64,000 bases of DNA from assembly GCA_963763775.1 (NCBI GenBank), contig CAVXPZ010000001.1, forward strand, positions 672,001 through 736,000, given 5' to 3'. The notes beneath the pieces are model-generated. The model did not search any database. It had not been told where the DNA came from and saw only the letters and a list, made by a program, of their open reading frames with translations. Each line of letters opens with the position of its first letter. The stretch's first letter is position 1. Positions 41,166-50,154 of this stretch are shown piece by piece. Source of the DNA: an uncultured Chloroflexia bacterium. GTDB lineage: Bacteria > Chloroflexota > Limnocylindria > Limnocylindrales > CSP1-4. Made by a program: the position numbers and the translations under genes.

Positions 41166-43073
41166 TCAGGCCGGCTGCGGGTTCACGTCCGGGATCGGCT
41201 GGCCCGGGGCCACGATCACCGATGGGGCCTGGCGGAGCTCCTTCGGCGGCAGGTCGCTGAAGAGGCTCTCGAAGCCCTCCGCATCGACCGTCTCCTCGGC
41301 CACCAGCTTCTCGGCCAGGGCCACGAGCTTGTCCTTGTGCTGGACCAGCACGTCGGTCGCCCGCTCGTAGGCCTTGTCGATGATCGCGCGGACCTCTTCG
41401 TCGATGGTCCTGGCGACCTCGTCGCTGTAGTCGCGCTGCTCGCCCATGGAGCGGCCCAGGAAGACCATCTCGTCGCGCTTCCCGAAGGAGAGCGGGCCGA
41501 GCTTGTCGCTCATCCCGAACTCGGTGACCATCCGGCGGGCCAGGTCCGTGGCCTTCTCGATGTCGTTGCTGGCACCGGTCGTGGTATCGCCGAAGATCAG
41601 CTTCTCGGCGACGTTGCCGCCGAGCAGGCCCGCGATCTTGTCCTCGAACTCGGTCTTGGACTGGAGGTAGCGATCCTCCTGCGGGAGCGCCATCGTGTAG
41701 CCGAGGGCCATGCCGCGGCTGATGATCGTGACCTTGGCGACCGGGTCGCACTTGGGCAGGATCCGCTGGACGACCGCGTGGCCGCCCTCGTGGTAGGCGA
41801 TGATCGCCTTCTCGGCGTCCGAGATGAGGCGCGACTTGCGCTCCGGTCCCGCGACGATCCGCTCCAGGGCTTCCTGGAACTCGGACATCCCGATGACCTT
41901 CTTGTTGCGGCGAGCCGAGAGGATCGCCGCCTCGTTGACGAGGTTGGCGAGATCCGCGCCGGAGAAGCCCGGCGACTGGCGCGCGACGCCTTCGACGTCG
42001 ACGCCCTTGTCGAGCGGCTTGCCCTTGGTGTGGACGCGAAGGATCTCGGTCCGGCCGCGCATGTCCGGGCGGTCGAGGATGACCTGGCGGTCGAAGCGGC
42101 CGGGCCGCAGGAGCGCCGGGTCGAGGACGTCGGGGCGGTTGGTGGCCGCCACCACGATCACGTTCGTGTTCGTGTCGAAGCCGTCCATCTCGACGAGGAT
42201 CTGGTTGAGGGTCTGCTCGCGCTCGTCGTGCGAGCCGCCAAGGCCGGCGCCGCGCTGGCGGCCGACCGCGTCGATCTCGTCGACGAAGACGATGCACGGC
42301 GAGTTGCGCTTGGCCTGGTCGAAGAGGTCGCGGACGCGGCTCGCGCCGACGCCGACGAACATCTCGACGAACTCCGAGCCGGAGATGCTGAAGAACGGCA
42401 CGCCGGCCTCACCCGCGACGGCGCGGGCCATCAGCGTCTTGCCGGTGCCGGGAGGCCCGACCAGGAGCACGCCGCGCGGGATGCGCGCGCCGAGCGAGTT
42501 GAACTTCTCCGGGTACTTGAGGAACTCGACGACTTCCTGGAGCTCCGTCTTGGCCTCGTCGACGCCGGCCACGTCGTTGAAGGTGACGACCGTCTTGTTG
42601 CCGAGGAACATCCGGGCGCGACTCTTCCCGAAGCTGAGGGCCTGGTTGTTCGTGCCCTGGGCCTGGCGCATCATGAAGAAGATGAAGCCGCCGATCACGA
42701 GGAGCGGCAGGAGGCCCGTCAGGAGGAGCCCGAGCCACGAGGTGTCGGGCGTCGGGGTGGCGCGGTAGACACCGCTCGGGAGGGTCTGACCACCGGACTT
42801 GGCGGCGGCCTGCATGTCGTCGGGATAGACCTTGGTCAGGACGCTGGTCGGGACGATGACCGTGTACACGGGGCCATCGTTGGGCGTCACCGTCAGCGTC
42901 TCGCCCTCCTGGACGACGGTCTTGACGTGGCCCGCGGCGACGTTACTCAGGAAGTCCGAGTAGCCGGTGGGGGTGGCTGGCGAGCTGGCATTGATCCACG
43001 TGAACAGCAGGGCGGCCGTGCCAAGGACGAGCACGATCATCACGATGCCGTTGCGGAAGAACTTGGGGTTCAA
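41166..43073 (-). CDS. ftsH: ATP-dependent zinc metalloprotease FtsH
   Basis: Two TM segments, [41 protein letters not shown]. Confidence 0.97.
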   Translation of the reverse strand: MNPKFFRNGIVMIVLVLGTAALLFTWINASSPATPTGYSDFLSNVAAGHVKTVVQEGETLTVTPNDGPVYTVIVPTSVLTKVYPDDMQAAAKSGGQTLPSGVYRATPTPDTSWLGLLLTGLLPLLVIGGFIFFMMRQAQGTNNQALSFGKSRARMFLGNKTVVTFNDVAGVDEAKTELQEVVEFLKYPEKFNSLGARIPRGVLLVGPPGTGKTLMARAVAGEAGVPFFSISGSEFVEMFVGVGASRVRDLFDQAKRNSPCIVFVDEIDAVGRQRGAGLGGSHDEREQTLNQILVEMDGFDTNTNVIVVAATNRPDVLDPALLRPGRFDRQVILDRPDMRGRTEILRVHTKGKPLDKGVDVEGVARQSPGFSGADLANLVNEAAILSARRNKKVIGMSEFQEALERIVAGPERKSRLISDAEKAIIAYHEGGHAVVQRILPKCDPVAKVTIISRGMALGYTMALPQEDRYLQSKTEFEDKIAGLLGGNVAEKLIFGDTTTGASNDIEKATDLARRMVTEFGMSDKLGPLSFGKRDEMVFLGRSMGEQRDYSDEVARTIDEEVRAIIDKAYERATDVLVQHKDKLVALAEKLVAEETVDAEGFESLFSDLPPKELRQAPSVIVAPGQPIPDVNPQPA

Positions 43074-43304
43074 CGAGGGAGCCTCCGGGGTATGACGGCG
43101 CCGATGCACCGCCGTGTCGCGAGTATAGCGCCGGGAACCGTGACCACCCTATGACGGATGTCCTGGTCCCTTCATCTCCTTCGGACGCTGCCGAAGCGCG
43201 GATGGTGGCGTGACCGGACACTAAGGAATCACAACGACCTCGGTCCGCCCACTGATCAGACCGAAGAGCCCGATGACCGCCTGGGAGTCGGTCCGTGCTC
43301 CGAT

Positions 43305-43772
43305 CTACCGGTCGTCTGGACCCCGTGCCGCCATCGCCGCCTCGATCGCGGCCAGTCTGGCGATCACGTCTTCGAGCTGCCCGTGGATGGCTTGTGCCGA
43401 GTCGCGCTCCTGGGCATCGTCGGCGGCGCGACGTCGACGTTGGGCCGCCTCGACGAACGTGGACGTGATGGCGGCGGTCAGGATCGCGATGAGCGCCACG
43501 GCGACGACCATCACGGCCGCTCCGACGAGTCGCCCGAGCCCTGCGGTCGGCACCTTGTCGCCGTAGCCGACGGTCGTGACGGTCTGGAGCGCGTACCAGA
43601 CGGCGTCACCAAGGTCCGGGAAGTCCTGATGGTCGAAGACCCAGATGACGACCCCGCCGACCAGCACGATCCCGACGGTGATGGCGATCATCACGTAGGC
43701 GGCATTCCTGACGGACGCCGGATCCGACGTGAACCTGTCCATCGCGTGCTGGATCGGGGTTCGCCGTTTCAT
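43305..43772 (-). CDS. Two-TM potassium channel pore protein (KcsA-like)
   Basis: WYALQTVTTVGYGD selectivity filter flanked by two TM helices; short C-terminal coiled coil. Confidence 0.9.
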   Translation of the reverse strand: MKRRTPIQHAMDRFTSDPASVRNAAYVMIAITVGIVLVGGVVIWVFDHQDFPDLGDAVWYALQTVTTVGYGDKVPTAGLGRLVGAAVMVVAVALIAILTAAITSTFVEAAQRRRRAADDAQERDSAQAIHGQLEDVIARLAAIEAAMAARGPDDR

Positions 43773-44002
43773 GCTCCGCAGCCTAGCGCGCGGCGCAAGG
43801 GTGTCTCGGCGAACGCCGACCGGTGGATCGGACCGCTATGCTGCCTGTCGTTCACCGTCCGTCGAGGCGGTCATGGCAGCGAAAGCCTCTTCGTCGTCGC
43901 GACGCGAGGGCGGCCCACCGAGGGGGATGAACGGCCGATGTCCCGATCGCATCATCGCCTGGACCGACGGCGCGGGCGCCGGGATGTAGCCGTGAGCGGG
44001 TC

Positions 44003-45598
44003 ATGACCGCAGCCGCGCCGGCCGCCGCGGGCCAGGGGTCGACCGACCGACGGCTCCCGATCCTCCTGGCGATGGCCATGTTCGTGCTCGTCGTGGATAC
44101 GTCGATCATGAACGTGTCGATCTCGGCGGTCGTCACGGATCTCGGGACGACCGTCAGCGCGATCCAGTCCGCCATCGCGCTGGAAGCCCTGGTCTCGGCC
44201 GCGTTCATCCTCATCGGCAGCAAGATCGGCGACCTGTTCGGGCGCAAGCGGGCGTATGTGCTGGGCCTGATCGCGTACGCGATCGGTGCCATCGCGATGG
44301 CCCTGGCACAGAGCGTGACCGCGATCATCATCTTCTGGGCCGTCATCGGCGGCCTCGGCGCATCGCTGCTGCTCCCCGCCATGCAATCGCTCATCCACGG
44401 CAACTTCGAGGGCGCCGCGCAGAAGAAGACGTATGCGCTGGTCGGCGCCGCGGCGGCGATCGCCGCCGCGATCGGACCGCTGATCGGCGGCTTCATCACG
44501 ACCTTCCTGTCCTACCGCGTGGCCTTCCTGCTCGAGGCCGGCGTCATCGCGATCGTCCTTGTCGGCAGCCGACTCGTCCGCGACGTGCCATACACCGGTC
44601 CTCGAGACGTCGACATCGTCGGCTCGGTCCTCTCGGTCCTCGGCATGGGCGGCCTCGTGCTGGGCATCCTCGCGTGGCAGGAGGGCGGCGAAGCGGTGCT
44701 CCTGCTCCTGGCCATCGGCGCGATCTCGCTCGTCGCCCTGGCCTCATGGCTGGTGCGTCGCAAGCGGGCGGCGAAGCCGACCCTGATCGATCCCGATCTG
44801 TTCATCTCCCGGCTGTTCCGGCTGGGGATCTCCGGGCAGATGCTCCAGAACATCGCGCTGGGCGGCGCCATGATCACGATCCCGATCTACCTGCAGATGG
44901 TCCTCGAGTACAACGCCCTGCAGGCTGGCCTGTCGCTGGCGCCACTCTCGCTCAGCATGTTCGGGGCGGCGATCCTCGCCGGCAAGCGCAGTGGCAACCG
45001 GCGGCCGAGCAGCATCATCCGGGCTGGCTTCGGTCTGCTCTTGATCGGCATGCTGCTGTTGATCCCGATCATCCCGCGCGCGGATGCGGGTTGGTACCTG
45101 GCGATCCCGCTCGCGATCGCTGGCGTCGGCCTCGGCCTCCTGGTGTCCCAGCTGAACAACTACACGCTGGCGCCGGTCGTCGAGGAGCGCGTGAGCGAAG
45201 CCGCCGGCGTGAACTCGGCCGCCGGGTCGTTCGGTCTGTCCTTCGGCCTGGCGTTCGCCGGCGCCATCATGCTGGCGACCCTGGCCTTCAGCTTCACGAA
45301 CCTGGCGGAATCGAGCGTGGTCCTCGATCCGGCGCAGCAGCAGGCCGTCGCCGATGGGCTCGAACACGACGCGCAGGTCATGACCAACACGGACCTCGAA
45401 CTGCTGCTGGTCGATCAGCCTCCGGCGGTCCAGGCCGAGATGATCCGGATCAACACCGAAGCCCGACCCTTCGCGCTGCAGGTGGCGCTCCTGATCCCGA
45501 TCCTGGCGAGCCTGCTCGGGCTGCTGGACTCGCTCCGGATGATGCGTCAGCCGGATCCGGTCTCATCGGGCGCGGCCGAGGGGCTCGCCCTGGCCTGA
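44003..45598 (+). CDS. MFS transporter (14-TM DHA2-like)
   Basis: VDTSIMNVS, GSKIGDLFGRKR motif A, GPLIGG, PTLIDPDLF. Confidence 0.9.
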   Translation: MTAAAPAAAGQGSTDRRLPILLAMAMFVLVVDTSIMNVSISAVVTDLGTTVSAIQSAIALEALVSAAFILIGSKIGDLFGRKRAYVLGLIAYAIGAIAMALAQSVTAIIIFWAVIGGLGASLLLPAMQSLIHGNFEGAAQKKTYALVGAAAAIAAAIGPLIGGFITTFLSYRVAFLLEAGVIAIVLVGSRLVRDVPYTGPRDVDIVGSVLSVLGMGGLVLGILAWQEGGEAVLLLLAIGAISLVALASWLVRRKRAAKPTLIDPDLFISRLFRLGISGQMLQNIALGGAMITIPIYLQMVLEYNALQAGLSLAPLSLSMFGAAILAGKRSGNRRPSSIIRAGFGLLLIGMLLLIPIIPRADAGWYLAIPLAIAGVGLGLLVSQLNNYTLAPVVEERVSEAAGVNSAAGSFGLSFGLAFAGAIMLATLAFSFTNLAESSVVLDPAQQQAVADGLEHDAQVMTNTDLELLLVDQPPAVQAEMIRINTEARPFALQVALLIPILASLLGLLDSLRMMRQPDPVSSGAAEGLALA

Positions 45599-45715
45599 AG
45601 AGCGGCTCGCGACGAGGTGCGTCTCGAGCCCGAGCCATTCGTTGCGACCCAGGGGGTCAATGTGGACGGTCCAGGACCACGCGACAAGGGCGTGACGCCA
45701 CGCGACACACGGGAC

Positions 45716-46147
45716 ATGTGGCCGGACGACGATGGCGGCACGGGCCAGGTGCTGGGCTGTTTCGCGATCGTCGGCGCGATCGTCGGCACCGTCATCGGCG
45801 GCGTGGTCGGCTTCGTGACCGACGACGCAGCTCTGAAGGCTGCCGATGACTGGCTGATCCTCGTTGCCGTCCCGGTCACGGCTTTCCTGCTCGGCATCGG
45901 CGCCGTCGCTGCGTGGGATGCCGCGGTGAAGCGGTTGACAAGGATCGGAAGCCGGATCCAGGACCTGCGTGAACCGGGGCAGGTGATGACCGCCATCCTG
46001 GCGCTGGCCGTGCCGGTCGCCGTGGCCATGTTCATGTTGCTCGTCATCCCGTCGTTGGCGGTCCCGGTCTGCGTGACGTTGCTCGCCTGCCTCTTCGTGG
46101 TCATCCAATGGGATCGCATCAAAGGGCTCTGGGACGTCGTGAAGTAG
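45716..46147 (+). CDS. Hypothetical membrane protein (start uncertain, 45617-45716)
   Basis: Four hydrophobic segments; weaker codon bias than neighbours. Confidence 0.5.
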   Translation: MWPDDDGGTGQVLGCFAIVGAIVGTVIGGVVGFVTDDAALKAADDWLILVAVPVTAFLLGIGAVAAWDAAVKRLTRIGSRIQDLREPGQVMTAILALAVPVAVAMFMLLVIPSLAVPVCVTLLACLFVVIQWDRIKGLWDVVK

Positions 46148-46188
46148 GGCTGTCCCTTTCCTGACCCTGAGGGTCGGACACCAAGTAG

Positions 46189-46219
46189 AACGACCCGCCG
46201 GCCATGCCGGCGGGTCGTT
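46189..46219. terminator. Strong hairpin 3' of the tRNA, possibly bidirectional terminator
   Basis: aacgacccgccggc-cat-gccggcgggtcgtt, a perfect 14-bp stem. Confidence 0.8.
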
Positions 46220-46234
46220 TCGTGCTCGAAGGGT

Positions 46235-46309
46235 TGGTAGCGGAGGCAAGAGTCGAACTTGCGACCAAGGGCTTATGAGTCCCCTGCTCTACCACTGAGC
46301 TACTCCGCC
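46235..46309 (-). tRNA. tRNA-Met (CAT), elongator type, CCA encoded
   Basis: GGCGGAGTAGCTCAGTGGTAGAGCAGGGGACTCATAAGCCCTTGGTCGCAAGTTCGACTCTTGCCTCCGCTACCA folds as a cloverleaf; lacks the initiator C1:A72 mismatch. Ile2 is not fully excluded. Confidence 0.93.
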
Positions 46310-46409
46310 GCGACGGCGGATTCTAGCGTAGCCCGGGGTCGATTGCCACGAGACCGGACTCGCTCGGGGGACCACCGCTCGAGGCATCGCCGCTGCTAGC
46401 ATCGCCGCT

Positions 46410-48003
46410 GTGAGACGCCCGGGCCTGCCGCCGCTCATCGCCGGGCTGTTCGTCGATCCGCGCGCCCGCGACGCGTTGCTTGCCGGATCCGTGGCCCTCT
46501 TCGCCGCGGCATTGGATCCGCGTGTCCTCGGTCCGTCACTGCCGTCCGTGCAGGCCGCGGTCCGCGACCACCCGCAGCTCGAGACACTCGTCCTCTTCAG
46601 CGCGGTGGCGGCGTCCGCCCTTCTGCTGCTTGGCGGCGCGATCGGCGACTCGGCACGCGCCAGGCCGATCATCCTCGGCGGCCTGACCGTCGAGCTCATC
46701 GCGGCCGTTGTCAGCGTCCTCGTCCCGGACGGCCCGGTCTTCGTGGCCGCGCGGTTCCTCGGCCATGCCGGGTCAGCCTTCGTCATCCCGGTCTCGATCG
46801 CCCTCGTCGCGACGAGCTACGAGGGCGTGGCTCGGGCGACCGCGATCGGCATCGCCTATGGCGCGTACGGGGCCGCCGGGGCCGCCGCGCCGATCCTCCT
46901 GCAGGTCCTCCCCGACCAGCGATGGCCGGGGTTCCTGGCCGCGATCGCGGCCTGTGCGGTCGCCATCTGGGTGGCGCGCAGCCCGCGTGACGTCGCTCGC
47001 GAAGCCGACGACGGCCGAGCGACCGTACGTCATCGGGACGGCGATCTGGGCCTTCGGCATCATCACGCTCACGGTCGGCCTGACGTGGATCGGCGGCGGC
47101 ATCGACAACCCGTTCCGCTGGTCGCTCATCCTCGGCGGCATCGTGATCCTCGGGCTTGCGCTCGCGAACGACCGACGACGACGCGCGCAGCCGACCGGCC
47201 CGGTAAGCATCGATCGTCGGCCGGTCGCGATCGCGATCGTCGTCGGCGTGGTGCTCGGCATCTCGCAGACGGCGGCCATGATGGAGCTGCCCCTCTACTT
47301 CCACCTTGTGCTGCGGTACGGCTCGGTGCTCGCGATGGTCGCGGTCGGACCGCTGTTCGCCGCGCTGATCCTGGCGGGGCCGATCGCGGGGATCCTCATC
47401 AGCCGCGTCTCGCCACGGTGGCTGGTGGGTGGGGGCGTGATCACGCTCGGCGTGGGGAACCTGATCCTCGGGCTGGTCACGACCGCCGGCGCGAGCTACC
47501 TGGCGTTCATCCTGCCGTGCCTGCTGGTCGGCGGCGGGTTCGTGGTCGCGACCACCGTTCGAACCGCGATCATCTTCGCCGCCGTCCCGCGGGGCCTGCC
47601 GGCCACCGCCGCCGCACTGAACGAGTCTTCCCTGTCGGTCGGGGCGCGCATCGGCATCGTGCTGGTGACCTCGGTCGTGACGGAAGTGGCGCTGGCCACC
47701 TACACGGCGTCGGTCGCCGGACTCCCGGCCGCCGACGCGGCCCAGGCGATCGCGAAGTTCCGCGACCTCCTGGTCGCCATCGGGACGCCCGACTTCAGCC
47801 AGGTCGCCTCGGCCGTGAACGCGGTCGACCTCCAGCCCTACGTCGCGGCGTATGCCGCCGGACTCCAGACCGTCTTCCTCGTCAGTGGCGCCGTCGCGAT
47901 CGCGGGCGGGCTGATCGCCCTCGTCGCCATCGGCCGTCGGGATCCGCTCACGACGGTCTACGACCACCATGACGAGCGGGTCCGCGTGCCGGCCGCGACC
48001 TGA
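46410..48003 (+). CDS. MFS transporter, frameshift near 46983
   Basis: Hydrophobic N-half (LLGGAIGD..RAR) continues in a second frame to 48003. Confidence 0.82.
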
Positions 48004-48026
48004 TCGCCATCGCCGCGGGACGCGAA

Positions 48027-48058
48027 GACGCCCCGGCGTCCGAGACGACCGGGGCGTC
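48027..48058. terminator. Hairpin between the convergent MFS and SHOCT genes
   Basis: gacgccccgg-cgtccgagacga-ccggggcgtc. Confidence 0.7.
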
Positions 48059-48074
48059 GTGAGCGGAAGCGAAC

Positions 48075-48380
48075 CTAGATGCCGAGCGCCTTGGCCTTGG
48101 CCGCCGCGAACTCCTCATCGCTCAGGATGCCCTGGTTGTGGAGGTTCGCGAGGTTCTCGAGCTGGGCCGTCACCGGGTCGACCGCGGGAGCCGCTGGCGG
48201 CGGGGCCGCGTAGACGACCTGCGGCTCGGGGGCCGGCGCAGCCGCGGCGGCCTGGGCTTGGGCCTGGGCGTCCTGGTTCGCGTACTTCTGCTGCTGATGG
48301 TGACTGACGGCTCCAGCCGTCCCGGCCACGACGGCGGTCGTGGCAGCCATGCGGACGATCCCGCCTCGGCGTCGCATCAT
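48075..48380 (-). CDS. SHOCT domain-containing protein
   Basis: ATTAVVAGTAGAVS, Ala/Pro/Gln linker, QLENLANLHNQGILSDEEFAAAKAKAL. Confidence 0.9.
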   Translation of the reverse strand: MMRRRGGIVRMAATTAVVAGTAGAVSHHQQQKYANQDAQAQAQAAAAAPAPEPQVVYAAPPPAAPAVDPVTAQLENLANLHNQGILSDEEFAAAKAKALGI

Positions 48381-48422
48381 CGGATGGTTCTCCTTCTTGG
48401 TGTCGTTGGGACGAGGGTGAGG

Positions 48423-48848
48423 TCAGCCGACGGGGATGTCGGCCATCGCCTCTTCGACGAGCGCCGCCGGGATGCGGCCGTTGGCGATGAGGATCCCATC
48501 GGCATTCCGGAGCGAGGTCGCGAACCGCTCCGCCCAGACGTTCTCCCAGATCATCAGCGCGCACGAGCTGTTGTCGTCGAGCGCGTCGCCGATGTCCTCG
48601 ACGTCTTCCATGCCGAGCAGCTTCGTCCCCTCGATCCCCAGGACGGACAGCGCAGCGGCCTCCTCGGCGATCGCGTCGTTGAGCTCCACCGCGTCGACGT
48701 TGCCGGCGGCATCCTTGTGGATGATCACCAGGTCGAGGATCTTGATGGTCCCGGTATCCACGAGCTCCTGGAGTGCCGGGACGATCTGCCCGGAGAACTT
48801 GTTGCCCGGGAAGGCGATGGCGATGTATTCGACCGGTCCGATGGCCAC
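48423..48848 (-). CDS. DUF6325/DUF1269-like protein
   Basis: GPVEYIAIAFPGNKFSG, ILDLVII, WENVWA, GRIP; usual upstream partner of this SHOCT family. Confidence 0.8.
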   Translation of the reverse strand: MAIGPVEYIAIAFPGNKFSGQIVPALQELVDTGTIKILDLVIIHKDAAGNVDAVELNDAIAEEAAALSVLGIEGTKLLGMEDVEDIGDALDDNSSCALMIWENVWAERFATSLRNADGILIANGRIPAALVEEAMADIPVG

Positions 48849-48951
48849 GGGTGGACCTCCTATACGGCTTGCAGACCGTCAATGATGCCCGCTCGGGCCC
48901 CTCGCTGCATCATCCGATTCGCGGGACGGTCCAAGCCGATGGTTCGGCTCG

Positions 48952-49464
48952 CTAGCTGACCTCGCGCAGGCGGCCCGTCTCGACCTCGAAGATGAGGCCG
49001 TGGACCGGCACGGCCCGCAGCCACGGGTGCTCGCGGATGCGCGCCACCTGGGCCAGCAGGTTGGCCTCGAGATCGGGGAACGCCCCGAAGACCATCCCCG
49101 GTGCGGGGTCGTCGCCCGACGACGGCAGGAGCGCGCGCAGGGCGGCCTCGTCGGCGCCGTGGAGACCGCATCGCGTGTGCTCGATGACGATGACCTCGGT
49201 CGTGCCGAGGACCTGCTGGCTGACGACGAGCGACCGGATCACGTCGTCGGTCACGAGCCCACCGGCGTTCCGGATGATGTGTGCGTCGCCGGTCCGCAGG
49301 CCGAGGGTCTCCTCGACGTCGAGCCGGGCATCCATGCACGCGACGATGGTCAGCCCGCGCAGCGGCGCCGCCGTCAGCGCCGACCGGTCGAACGCCTCCG
49401 TGTAGCGCGCATTCTCCGAGAGGAGGCGGGCGTACTCGGGGCTCCGGGTCTCGGGGCGGTCCAT
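48952..49464 (-). CDS. Beta-class carbonic anhydrase
   Basis: CMDARL, IRNAGG, HTRCG zinc ligands. Confidence 0.9.
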   Translation of the reverse strand: MDRPETRSPEYARLLSENARYTEAFDRSALTAAPLRGLTIVACMDARLDVEETLGLRTGDAHIIRNAGGLVTDDVIRSLVVSQQVLGTTEVIVIEHTRCGLHGADEAALRALLPSSGDDPAPGMVFGAFPDLEANLLAQVARIREHPWLRAVPVHGLIFEVETGRLREVS

Positions 49465-49502
49465 GGTGGGGCGGGGCTCGATCCGGTCCGGCGGCGGCAG
49501 GG

Positions 49503-50021
49503 TCAGTCGCCCGGGCCGAACAGGAGGCTCAGCCAGCGATCCAGGGGACTCACCTGGGCGGCCTTCGCACCAAGCCGGACACTCGCCGAACCGGGAGCGT
49601 CGGCGGGCAGCGGCGGCGCGTCCTCGGCCAGCGTGAAGGCGATCTCTTTCGACGTCCCGAGCCCGTGCGCTCGCGCTTCCAGCTCGATGTACTGCTCGCG
49701 CTTGATGAGGTCGAGCTCGCGGGAGAGCCCGGTGACGACCTTCGAGAGCGCGGAGTTGTCGACGCCCATCTGCTCGACGCGAGCGGCCGCCGCCGACGCC
49801 TCACCGACCTGGCGGGCGAACACGACCACGATCCACACGGCCAGCAATGCGCCGATGATCCCGGCGAGCCGGCGACGGGTCAGCCCGGCGATGGGCAGGC
49901 TCGAGAGGTCGGGCAGCTCACGAGCGACGTCGGCCGTGGTCCGTCGGTCGCTCGGCGCCTCGGGGACTGCGGCGGGATCGCGCTCGTCGTCGGGCGGCGT
50001 TGAAGCGTGCCGGCGAACCAT
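49503..50021 (-). CDS. Septum formation initiator (FtsB/DivIC-like)
   Basis: Single TM, coiled coil, YIELEARAHGL...EIAF. Confidence 0.72.
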   Translation of the reverse strand: MVRRHASTPPDDERDPAAVPEAPSDRRTTADVARELPDLSSLPIAGLTRRRLAGIIGALLAVWIVVVFARQVGEASAAAARVEQMGVDNSALSKVVTGLSRELDLIKREQYIELEARAHGLGTSKEIAFTLAEDAPPLPADAPGSASVRLGAKAAQVSPLDRWLSLLFGPGD

Positions 50022-50106
50022 CCGAGCGAGGGTAGCTAAGCGGTAGCTGCCGTGTCAACCCTCGCAACCGTGACAACCGAGCTGTCACGCCGGTGGTCGA
50101 CCGTGC

Positions 50107-50137
50107 TGCTACACTCCCGCCTTTCGAACATCCGTGC
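50107..50137 (+). promoter_or_regulatory. Extended -10 promoter and candidate LexA (SOS) box of mrfAB
   Basis: TGCTACACT at 50107-50115; CGAAC-ATCC-GTGC at 50125-50137, one mismatch from GAAC-N4-GTTC. Confidence 0.55.
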
Positions 50138-50154
50138 TATTCGAGGTCGCCAGC

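Noticed and set aside
13970-43154. Very long antisense or alternative-frame ORFs (e.g. 13970-16162, 16292-19108, 36076-37593, 41337-43154)
   Set aside because: They are shadows of real genes caused by stop-codon scarcity at high GC and have no recognisable motifs.
43305-46309. Genomic island integrated at tRNA-Met
   Set aside because: No duplicate of the tRNA 3' end and no integrase were seen, and composition is similar to the flanks.
46235-46309. Initiator tRNA-fMet
   Set aside because: It has a G1:U72 pair and lacks the three consecutive G:C pairs closing the anticodon stem.
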